A DNA stretch of 64,000 bases from Amoebophrya sp. A120. Lineage: Eukaryota > Protista > Dinoflagellata. Under the pieces are notes generated by a model. The model had not been told where the DNA came from. It did no database searches and was given only the letters and a program-made list of their open reading frames with translations. Below, piece by piece: positions 48,497 through 59,435 of this stretch. The stretch is from assembly GCA_905178155.1 (NCBI GenBank), contig CAJINV010000011.1:3437077-3501076 (forward strand), written 5' to 3'. The position numbers and the translations under genes are program-made. Numbering within the stretch: position 1 is the first letter of the stretch; the number at the start of each line of letters is the position of its first letter.

Positions 48497-49691
48497 ATGT
48501 TGATGTCCTCCTCGTCTTCCAGCTCATCTAACGGAAAAATGCCACGCCGACGGCGATGCCGCTTCGCCGTTTCAACAGCGTTGCTCTTCTCAACCCCTGC
48601 TCTGAGCAGCTACGAGTTCGGTCCCCCTATAATAACGCCCGACGGTGCTGAAACCCCCGAGGACAAAAATGCTCTGCCAAAAGAACCCCAGTCCGACGAA
48701 GTGCTGGAAAACACGCCCTTTCCCTGCAGGGGGCGGGACGACTACAGCGGATCGGAAATCAAGGCCTGGATCGACGAGCACTTGGCAGGCATTCCCGAGC
48801 AGCCGAAGAACCAGAGGCGGATGCTGTTGCTGATGGGGGGCTCGGGTGCGGGGAAGAGCACGTTGGTACGGAAGTTGCGGGAGGAATCGGAATTTTTCAA
48901 GTCCAGCTTCTTGTTGCACGGTTTGGACGAATATTTGAAATATCTGCCGGAATACCAACAGAGCCTCGCTACGGGGAAGAAGTACAAAGACGCCGCCGAC
49001 GGGTGTTACAGTGCGGCGATCAGGATAGCGAAACGGGCGGAAGTGGTAGGCAATGTTGATGATTTTCATTTTTACCAATATTGGACTTTGGAGTATGTTT
49101 TGTCTACCGGTTGCCCATGCGCGTTCCTGTCTTGGGTCAACATGCTCAAGTAAAAACACAACGGGAAAAAATTTGAAAAGCAATAGCGTCGATTATCTAT
49201 CAAACTCAAAACAGGAAATTTTGAAGCGAGGAGTAAACCTCGTATATGAGGAGACCGGCAAGGACCTCGACCGGATCCAGACGCGCGTTCTGCCCCCGTA
49301 CGCTGCGGCCGGCTACCAAATTTCCCTCGCGTTCGTCGCCGTCACGGAGGAAGTGGCGCTGCAACGAGCGCACGAGCGGTTTTTGCTCGAGGGCAGACAC
49401 GCGGGGATCGACTACATCCACAAGACGTTTAAGAACCTGCATGGAAACTTCTTCGAATTGCAGGCAGACCCGAGAATGCACACAACCTCGATGTACTGCG
49501 ACAACAGTTGTACCAAGTACAACCGCGACACGCCGCAGAACTGCATGCTCTGCTGGGAAATCAAGCAGCCGGAAAACTTCGACGCGCATTTTCTGGCATT
49601 GCCGGACGCATTGGTAGATGGGGAGGCAAGTTTCGTGGCACGAACGACGCCACTGGATTACATTACTGAGCGGTATAAGCCAGAGCTTTAA
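48497..49691 (+). CDS. Zeta-toxin-like P-loop kinase
   Basis: Walker A MGGSGAGKST, then LDEYLKYLPEY, NLVYEETG and GYQISLAFVAVTEEVALQRAHERFLLEGRH; GT-AG intron 49046-49214. Confidence 0.8.
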
Positions 49692-50019
49692 GAGGTGTTG
49701 AAGCCTGCTGACTGGTCCATATTTTCGGGCGCCTGCTGATTTTTCTTTGACTGACTATGTTGTGGGGAACAAACACAAAGTGCAGAACGTGCTTGCGCGT
49801 GCTTAAGGAGCGCAGGCTGAGCAGGGCAGTTACCTTTCGCCGAAAAGCTTTTTTTGTCACGTCAAAAATAAATTATGGACACACCACTGACTTTGGATAC
49901 AAGGCGATGTTCGATTTTCGTTGCAGTTCTCCTGGCTGCACAGATATCGCGTTTCTGATTTCGCCAACGTGGATGTGTTGGCTTCGGTCTTCATCCTCTT
50001 TTGCCTTCTTGATAATGGA

Positions 50020-51710
50020 GATGATGGGGGCCGCTAGGTCGGTAGCTCGCGCAGCTGGAAGCAGCCGGCCGCGCCGGGGCGAAGAGGTCGCGGGCGTGCT
50101 AGCGCGCAACCTCCTGGCCTACGTGGTGCATGCCCTGGACTTTTACACACCGCAAGCGCCACAGGCGAAGAACGCGCGCGGCAAACGCGGCGGGGGCTTT
50201 GGAGGTGTCTGCCAGCCTGTCGCCGATGCCGGGCCCGACTGCGAGGAAGCTGCCCAGTTTGTGATCGATAGGCGGGCTCGATCTGTGAGACCTGTGGGGA
50301 CGCCGACGGGCACAGAAGGCGCCAGACTGCCGCCCGCGAAAGTTTTTAGGGCGGCCCAGCCCGCAACCTTCTGCCGGTTATTGGGGGCGTCTCAGCGAAT
50401 GCGGCCGCGGCATGCCCGTGGAAATGCAGCAGGGGATGAATGACATAGGCGAGACCCATTCGGTGGCGTTGTGGGCCGCAGCAGCGGCCCTGGCGGGCGC
50501 TCGCATGGAGCGCGGAACGGGCCCGCCGCCCACGAGGGGGCAGACCAAGGAGGTAAGAATGGCCGCCCGGCAGGCGCCGCCCGCGCTTCTCGCCAGCGTG
50601 GTAGCGTAATAGATTGCGCCCTTGGCGAGCAGTGCCAGCCGCAGGCGTGGTTCGGGTGCACAACCGCGCGGAAGCCACCCCGGACAAGGTCCCGCGCCCC
50701 TTGTACGGCGAAAATTTCCTGGCCATGGCGCCGGACAAGAAATTTGCAGCCTGCTTTGCTCCCGAGGGGCATACTCTTCTCCTTTTCACTGTTTCGGACA
50801 GGTAGCATCTATAGGAAGAGCGGCGCCATTCGAGGTTATTATGGGGTGGTGGGGCGTAATAAATTGCGAGCAGCCGCTGGGCCGTTGCCCTGCCGCCGTG
50901 CGTGGCGCGCGTCATATCCGAAGCGGCGCACTTCGCCCGGCCCCCGCTGCATTCAGCAGCCCCTGCGGGCGCGCATTGGGGCAAGCGCCCCGGCGCGGCC
51001 CCCCTGTTGGCTTCCGCGCGCAAGCTGCCGGCGAGTCCGGTTTTGGCCGGGGTCGGGGATGCAGGCCGCCGGGTGGCGCGCGGTCGGACGTACGGCCAGG
51101 CGACGCCCCGCGGGAACTAGTTGGCCGGACTGACGGGAAAGCCAGCGGGGGAGAACGACGCGCGCTCTGTCTCTCGAGAAGCCGCACGGCCGCCCTTCGT
51201 TCAGGTTCGTTGACAGCCTGCCGGCCCCGGTAGGCCTGCCTGGCCCGGCGCGCGGCGCCCATTTGCTTCCGCCACGGCCGCGCCCCGGCACGTGGCGCCT
51301 CGCACGCCGGGCGCCCGCGTGCAGCATGGCCGGCCCCGCTTCTCCGCCTGCGGGCCGGCGTGGTCTTATTTTCTGCGCCGCCTGGGGTGCGAGTGTGTGC
51401 GCCGGGCCTCGCCCGCGGGCGGGCCGGCCACCCAGATGCGCCCTTGCCTGCTTTCGCCGCGCGCGGCGCCGACTTGCGCTTGCTGGATGTGGCCCCTCTT
51501 CCTGGTTTGTGGCCCTTCGCGCCCGCCACGCCGGCGAAGTTGCATGTGTGGTCGGCTCTTGGTTGCGGTGTGGGTTTGGCCCCGGCCCGCATTTGTTGTC
51601 GCGGCGCCGGGCTACATTATTTTCGGCCGCGGCCGGTTCCCGCTTGCCTTCATTGCTTGGCCCCACTCGAAGCCAGCCACGCCCGATCACGTACCAGCGT
51701 GCGCGCTACT
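50020..51710. other. GC-rich intergenic block, possibly a decayed mobile element
   Basis: High GC and overlapping low-complexity ORFs in all frames. Confidence 0.4.
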
Positions 51711-52281
51711 GAAGATCTGCTCCAGAAAGAGATGAATGCAGCAGGTCTCTCGGCATCTTTCAGCCGGAGGAACTCTAACTACCTACGACCCTCAATCCGG
51801 TTCGGCGCAATGCCTGGATCATTTATCAGCCCGTACTGTTGTGCGGCTTGTGTTCTGGTTTTCACCCTCATCTTTGTCAGGCAGTTGTTGGTCGTCTGTT
51901 CTATCTTTATCTTGTATGTAATCTCTTTGGCATTTCATGGCAGATCGCTCCCAATTGAGTAGCAGTCCTCGCGCAGGTTTGTATTGTGCTCGCACCTATG
52001 TATCAATTATACGCGACGTGATGGGGCAACTAACGAAAGGGCTGCCTCGTGCCCCTGGGCTCCCTCAACTCCCGTTTGTAAAACAACAGCCGTGCTGGTG
52101 GAGCAGAAGCACCGTCACATTGCAAAACAATGGGACTCACCGCAGTGCGGCAGATGCTCTTGCAGGTCCGGGATCCTTTCATACCACATACATAATACAA
52201 CAAACCATCACTCGGCTGATGTCCAGCTCGTCTTGTTCCTCCACAAATCTTCCCAACTCACAACCGTATTGCCCGCTGCCT

Positions 52282-52680
52282 ATGCGGAAGGTAACAAGAA
52301 CAAACGCCTCCCCCCTCCGACCACTCTTCTCTCCTTCCCCCATCCTCCTCGGCCCGAAGAAGAAGAACGCGGGCGGCGGCAAGGACGCCGGGCAGCAGAC
52401 GGTCGCTCCGGGTGCGGGGGACGTCTTCAACATTTTCGCCAACGTACCCGACGTGCAGCTGCAGCCGGACGAGGCGTATCCGAAGTGGCTGTGGGACGTG
52501 GAGAAGCCGCAGCCGACGTACGGCGAGCTCTCCCTGATGTTCATCTACGGCCAGAACATCGAGGCTGCGACGCTTCCGCTCTACAATCGGTTCCTCCGCA
52601 TGCACCGAAAACTTTGCATCAAGGTAAACAACTTAAGGCTGAAAAAATCAAAAAGACGGGCGTCGATTCAGGTGGACTGA
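52282..52680 (+). CDS. Mitochondrial ribosomal protein mL54/L37-like (start uncertain)
   Basis: GDVFNIFANVPDVQLQPDEAYPKWLWD ... RFLRMHRKLCIKVNN fits the mL54 (P-D-x-x-Y-P-x-W-L-W) pattern. Confidence 0.7.
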   Translation: MRKVTRTNASPLRPLFSPSPILLGPKKKNAGGGKDAGQQTVAPGAGDVFNIFANVPDVQLQPDEAYPKWLWDVEKPQPTYGELSLMFIYGQNIEAATLPLYNRFLRMHRKLCIKVNNLRLKKSKRRASIQVD

Positions 52681-53457
52681 GCTTTATTTTGTTGGGAAAA
52701 CGAAAACGAATCAAATCTGCAATACCAAGAATCTGAGAATAAAGGCGTAGTATTGTCCACTCAGCCAGCTGCAGCGCCCTGCCGCTTGGTTCGTAATTGG
52801 TGCATATTGTAGTGCGTCAATAGTGGCTGTTCGAGTTCTTTTTCTATATCGAAAAGAGGCACTCACACTCAGTAGCGGTTCGGTTGTAGTACCCTCGGCA
52901 TTGTTGTATGCGCAAGGTAAAGTGGGTTCTTGCTGAGAAGGCTATGGTCGTGACTCCCCATCGATCGTCGAACTGAATTGTCTTATTTTCCATAAAAGGA
53001 CTCAAATTGAAATTTGAAGGTGTTGATTCTGAATCGTCGTGAACATCGTGCGTGAAAACAGCTCTTCGTGATAGCTACGTCAAAGAGGAAAGACAAAACA
53101 CCGTCAAGCGTCTGTCCATCGTATCACCTCGTCATCCATATTTGCAAAGTTGTTTCAGAGGGGCTTGATTGGGGGTTGTCGTGGTGTAAGAAGTACATAA
53201 TTTTGCCACCAACTTGCTCGTCTGTTCTGTGCCCGTGGCAATATTCCTTGGGGATGCATGGAGGATACGGATTTGCTTGGATACGGATAGTGATACAGAA
53301 CTGCGCAACATCAAAGCGATATTCTAGTGTAAGTAAGTACTTTATCTTCATCTGCATATCGTCATTTGTACTTTTGAAAACTCACGAAGGAACGTACTTC
53401 TTGAATTTTTTTTACCGTGGTTCCCGTCTTGACATCAAACTAACAATAATAACGACA

Positions 53458-56400
53458 ATGCGTCTGAAGCGCCGGCGCGCTGCCAACATAGCGCCACAGG
53501 ACCGGCGTCGCGTCCTTTTGACTCTACTTCTAAACGCCCGCGGTGTTGCGCCCGAAGAGGAGAATGCTGGCGATAAACCGTTCCTCGCGACGAAGCGACC
53601 CCTCGCGTACCCCATGGTCGCTCCCTACGACAGCCGACCGTTGAATAGCGTCTTTTTTGAAAGGTACGGGGAGGAGGTTCTTGTTGAGCAGGGAAGTCGA
53701 AGCAGTAGCAGTTCTTCTTCATCTTCCTCCTTCGGGACTAACGGGGAAAGAACGGCAGCAGGATCATCTTCTCCAAGCAGTAGTAGCTCTACTTCTACAG
53801 TGCAAGAACTATTAGATGCGGAGAAAAATCGGAAACCGATATTGAAGTACAGTCCCAATTTCATCAATTTGCAAGAACTGCCCATCGGGGAGGACCCAAA
53901 GTTTGGGAAGAATTTTAACACCGACAACTACAAAATCCGACCCGCGGACATCAACGTGCCACTACCCGAAGCGATGCTCGAAGAGAAAAACGTATTTGGT
54001 GATGTTTCATCATGTCGTTGACGACAAAATACTTTAGATTTTGATCAAGATGAAAACACTGTGTGTCTGAAAAATCATTAGTCGGTCCTAATAGTTGAAA
54101 TTCAGAAGTGAGGTGCTGTGTGATGAAAAGTGTTACTTACCTTTTTATACCAAAAAAATCCACCCAGGTTCCCCTACCGGAGCAGCAAGTAGAGCAACTC
54201 CCCACGCCTCTTGCCTCGACCCTCCAGCCTAGTGAAAACTCGGAGAACAACTACGACTCCAAGACCACGTCCACCATACAGACCACCACATCCAACATTG
54301 CTCCTCTGAACGGTCCCAGCGTGAAGCTCGCGTCGCCGCCCATGGGCTGGATGAGTTGGGAAAACTTCCGGTGCCAGCGCGACTGCGAGACCCATCCGGA
54401 CGACTGCGTGAGCGAGAAGCAGTACAAGGAAATGGCGGACACCATGGTACGAGACGGCTACGTCAAAGCGGGGTACAACATTCTCTGGATTGACGACTGC
54501 TGGATGGCGGGGCGGGGGCCAAACAAGGAATTTTTACCGGTGCCGAAGAGTGACGAGGACCGCATCAAGCACGCCGAGAACTACATGGTCTTCAACAAGC
54601 AGGTCAAACAGAGCCACGACTTCGGCCCCAACCGGGATGCGAAAACCGGTGCGAGCTTACTGGCGCGAAATCCGGACACGCAGGAATTGATCCCGGATCC
54701 GCTCCGATTTCCGAGCGGCATGAAGGCGCTGGGGGAGTACTTCCAATCAAAGGGGATCAAATTTGGGCTGTACACGTGCGCCGGAACGCTGTCCTGCGAG
54801 CAGGACGCGGGGAGCATGTATTACGAAGATTTGGACATGCAGACCTTCCACGACTGGGGGGTCAAGTACGTGAAAGTGGACGGGTGCTTCGTCCCGCAGG
54901 GTAAGGTCCAGTCCCAGTACAAGAAGATCGGGCACGCGCTCCAGAACAAAGACATTGTGTACGCGTGTTCGTGGCCGGCTTACTTGGATAAGCCAGAAGC
55001 GGAGAAGCCGTTCTCGGAAATGTACCATGAAGCGGGCTGCAATATGTGGCGCAACTTCGGTGACATCTCGAACTCCTTCCCGGTCCTGCGCTCCATCATC
55101 TCCCACTGGGCAAGCCAGACGCAGGGCTTGGAATCTGCCCCCCTCGGTGCGTTCAACGACCCGGACATGATGCTGGCGGGGTCGGACCACGACCCGGGCG
55201 AGGACAACGCGGGATTTACGTACACGCACGGTTCCCAGTACCGCCTGACGGTCGACCAGGCGCGGATTCAGTTCGCCATCTGGGCCATCGTCGCGGCGCC
55301 CTTGCTGCTGTCAGCGGATTTGCGGAAGTTAGCGGGGGACGAGGGCAAGCCGTACAGGGACTTGATTTTGAACCCGAAAATGATCGCCGTGAACCAGGTA
55401 TAGTTGTTTTTGCATCACAAATTTTTATTTTTGCGAAATTCAAAATTTAAATTTCTTTCACAAAGAGAAAAGTCGTGTTTCCATCAAAATGTCAAACTGA
55501 AACTTGTGGAGCCAGCACTTATGTTTTTCGTATTGCATGATAAGCACTCTATCGCTTTATTCCTCTTATCAGGACCCCAATGGTGTCCGCGGCGGCTGTC
55601 GTGCGGGTTGCGACACGGACTTGCAATTGTGGGCCCGCGACCTAACGGACGGGTCGGTGGCTATTGCGCTCGTGAACCTGGTATGCACTGCAAAAGTATC
55701 GTACTAGTATGTAGTGAGGTCACCGAACGGTTCTAACCAGGGAGTTTTTTTGCCATCTACCCTCAAAAACGGCCGGCAGTTTTCAAGCGGTCGGAAGTGT
55801 TTTTGAGCATAAAAGGTTTTCACTTATCAAGCGGCCGGGGCGTTTGCGGCAAAATAGCCCGGGCGGATTCTATCGATTCGCACTGGATAAAACGACGCAG
55901 GGGAGCCGGCAAAAGGGGCGCCCTTCTGAGGCGCCCGCCGCCTTGGTTTCTGGCGATTTGGGGCGCCCAAAAAGGGGCGCGCAAAAAACGCGCCCAAAAT
56001 CAGAACAGCGAAACAGCATGGCACGGCCGCGATTTCGGAGCATTTTGGGCGGTCGCGAAAGCGGCCGCCTTTTCGCCGGTTTTAGAGCCTGGGAAGCTTT
56101 GCAAAAAGCGCCGGCGTGAAAAATAAAAACGCGAAAAATAAAAAGCGCCCCAGACGCGCAAAGCCAATCCGCATGCTATGGGCCCGGTTTTTCTTCGCTT
56201 TTTGGGCGCCCCCCGTGGCACCCGGATCGGCCCCATAGCATCGGGGCTGGCTTTCGGAAAGGAATTTTGGAAATGTGCCAAAATTTGCGACGTTTCCCAA
56301 GTGGGCGCCATACCGTGCGGCATAACGTTACGCGCGGTGGTATGGCGAGCCCATAAAAAGCAAAGCCGCGGCCAAGGCGGCGGTCGGCAAAAAAACGCCC

Positions 56401-58461
56401 ACGACCTCACTACCCCCGCCCCGGCGGCTATATTTGGTATGAATTGCATGACGAATTCAAATTTTTCCTAGAAGAAAAATGAAATTTGTCACGCAGATTC
56501 AGGTAAGAAAGCAGATCTGTTATGCTAGATTCGCATTTATACGAGTACGATTACGATACTTTTGCAATGCACACCTGTCGCCGTCCGCGATTCCCCACTA
56601 CCAATTCGGCACGAATTTGAAGAAACCCGTAAAAAGTGTGAATGATGTCTGGCAGCAAAAGGGGTACGAAGCGGAGTATGAGGAGGAACTACCGGTAGAA
56701 CAAAAACTACCAGGTGGACAGCAGGGACGAAACAATATTCCGGTTTCGCAGGAAACAATCTCCGCGGCTGCTCCGGTTCTTCCAGCTAAAACGTCGGTTA
56801 TCGGAGATGGTGACCAATGGCGCATTAATGTCCGCATCGCCACCAAGCAAGTCGACGAGGAGCTTATGCCATGGAAGAATGCTGGGAATTTTTCAAAATG
56901 TGACGGAGAAATTTTTGATCATGCGCAAAGCAAAGTGTACTTTAGAAGTACATCTAGGTAGATACACCTTCGGTGACGGTGATTCTATTCGGTCTAGCTA
57001 AATTTTCCTTGACTCTGTTCGGTTTCGGTTAGAGAGTAATGCTTTGCTTCAGGGTTCTGCTTCGGTTAGGCTTTAGCTTTTGTAGCGTTCTTTTCGTGTG
57101 AACAACCCTTTTTAAGCTTATGATCGGTTGTATTTGCTTTCTTGAAAGTCGTCGCGCTCGCGATGCGTCGCTCGGTTGGTGAATCAATGTTGAAGGATTT
57201 TGAACATGTTTGTGTTGTCATCGGTTTCTATCCGAGCATGCGTCTACAACGAATTCTTCCGGGCTTGTTCAAGAGATGAGCCTACCCTCGCCAGCGTGTA
57301 AGTATGTGTATGCGCGCGCAATCCTGCGAACCCTAGGGACCACCTCTGAGTATTTTCAAAAGACGACAGGAGCTGCACTAAAAATTGCGACTTTCTTCCC
57401 AGAAAATCGCAGCCCCACATACCGATAGCATCAAGTCATCTCCTGATCTCATCGTCTCTCTAAGTAGACAAAACTAACGTTAATTCGCTCTCCCTTTTCA
57501 GAATTCTCTTCCGTCATTTTTCAAATTTCCCATTTCCCTCACCACCTGCATAAACCTGGTCGAGCACACAGCGGCGGACATTACTTTTCAGAACCTCGCC
57601 CCGCAGAGCACCTTGTTCCTCGTCTTGCAGGCGAGTGCGGAGCCCGTGAAGGTAGTACGATCGTCCCCCGTTGTAGTTCCACCGCCTCCGACTATCGCAG
57701 CGCCGCCGGTCACACCAGCGGTAGCGCAAGGACAACAGCAAGTACCGGTGAAAGAACACCAGCAGGTGAACGCTGCGCAGCAGACCACCCCCACCACATC
57801 AGGATCCGACCGCGTCATGGTGAAACGCGAGGAGGACGAGGACGACGCGCCCGTCGGCGGCGGCCCGCCACCGTGGGAGCTGGCGCAAATGCAACACGAA
57901 AAAGTGCACGAGGAAGCGCTGGCGCGGGAATCCCCGATTCGTGCGGACGGCCAGAAGGAAACGGTCCCGTTGCCCCACCCGAATCTCGTGAACCTCGCCT
58001 CGAATCGGAGGCAGGGCAAAACGGATTTGGCCACCACCATCGCGTTTGTCGTGCAGCTGATCTTCTTGATCACCGGAATTGTCCTCTTCCTCAGCTGCCT
58101 CAATCGGTGGCGAAAGAACTGGCAGCTCACCATGCAGCAGAACCGGACGGGTTTGAACAACAGTGTCCGACCTGCACGACATAACAGCGACGGCACGCGG
58201 TCGCCGATAGAGGACGGGAGATCGGGGTCGAGCCACAGTTTACACGGGCCATTGTCGACCCGGAAAATTGTGTACGACAGCGAAAAGCAGTCCTCGTCCA
58301 GCGGTACGGAGGACGAAGACATGAAAGCGAAGCGACCATTTTTGCACTACCCGGAGCCGTTAGATCATCGTCGAGAGGTGGATTTAGAGCAGGGCGGAGC
58401 CCTGTTCTCCGATTACTCCTCAGACAGCGACGAGGATGACGAGCAGTCGTACTCGCTTTAA
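53458..58461 (+). CDS. GH27 alpha-galactosidase / alpha-N-acetylgalactosaminidase with a C-terminal transmembrane anchor
   Basis: PPMGWMSWENFRC, WIDDCW, RFPSGMKAL, YVKVDGC, CNMWRNFGDI, FNDPDM, APLLLSADLR and IAVNQD. GT-AG introns 53992-54167 and 55398-55572. In-frame joins across elements 55682-56573 (VNL|SPSA) and 56865-57552 (DEEL|VEHTAADITFQNLAPQSTLFLVL). TM TIAFVVQLIFLITGIVLFLSCL. Confidence 0.85.
55682..56573. mobile_element. Family B introner expanded by a nested insertion
   Basis: tatgcactgcaaaagtatcgta ... tacgatacttttgcaatgcaca; flanks cctgg/cctgt; about 165 bp without the insert. Confidence 0.88.
55709..56433 (+). mobile_element. Non-autonomous Helentron/Helitron2-like element nested in an introner
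   Basis: Asymmetric 11-bp inverted repeats gtagtgaggtc (55711) / gacctcactac (56403-56413), a 3' hairpin ccgcc-cc-ggcgg, T/T insertion context and no evident TSD. Confidence 0.6.
56865..57552. mobile_element. Degenerate, long TAT...ATA introner
   Basis: tatgccatggaagaatgctgggaatttttcaaaatgtgacgga versus tccgtcatttttcaaatttcccatttccctcaccacctgcata; flanks gagct/aacct; removing 693 nt restores the frame. Confidence 0.7.
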
Positions 58462-59435
58462 GTTTTAAGAATTTGAGAAAAAGTAGGAATGTCTTGTCTT
58501 ATTGTTGAAAGCAAGCAGATGCAGAAGCTTGTTTTGAAATCTCTTCGACCATAGCAGTATGGACAAATAATTTGTTTATCTTTTGATGTTTGACATAAGT
58601 TGTAGTTACTGGTCGCTTTGTTTCCGTACCTACAGATCGATGACTCATTGAAGATAATGCCCGGAGTTTTTCAACAAAAAGAAGCTTTGTATTTTTTCGT
58701 ATGCTTATGCAACTCCTTTTAAATGTATCTAGCTTTGCGAACAGCGGTCTCTTTCTTGTGCTTGTGCACGTCCTGAAACAACTGTATTGCCTTTTGATCC
58801 AGCAACACAAACTTCGTGAGAAGATAAACAAGAGCGGCATCAGCGCGACCGCGCGTGTCGTCGCCGATAGCTGTTGGCAGAAGTAGCGCCCGACCAGAAG
58901 GTAAGGCGCTTCACCGCGCTGCTGCATTGAAAGGGGGATGATCTCGAAACTCTGCACATTCACTTTTTTGGAAGTGCCTGCTGGTAGGACGCGATACGTT
59001 TTTCCTCGCTGAAAAATCGTGCGTGCATGATGTTGTTTTCGCTTAACTTCGTTTACGGATTGTCATTGTGATTGTCGCCGTCGGTTTTATTTCGCTTAAC
59101 TCGTTGCGGTCGTCACCATCGTTTTCGGCCTCTTGACTCGGAAAATGAATGAAAGTCGTGTGAGTCGCTATCTCTACTAGGTACCTTCGTTCATCGTCTT
59201 CCTCTTGGGATCGCAGTTGCATTTGGGAGGCACAGACGAGTATCAAATCTTCGGATTAGTCACCAAATCATTCTTTTATGGAGTCTAGGAGTCCTCACGG
59301 ACAACAAAAACAATTTTGATTTGCAATTGTTTTCCGCCCACCTGTTTGTCCTCGTCGAGTTGTCCTCATTTCTATTTGTAGAAACATTTACGCAGGTTGA
59401 ATATTTGCAAAGAAGAAGCAGAACATCAACAAAAA

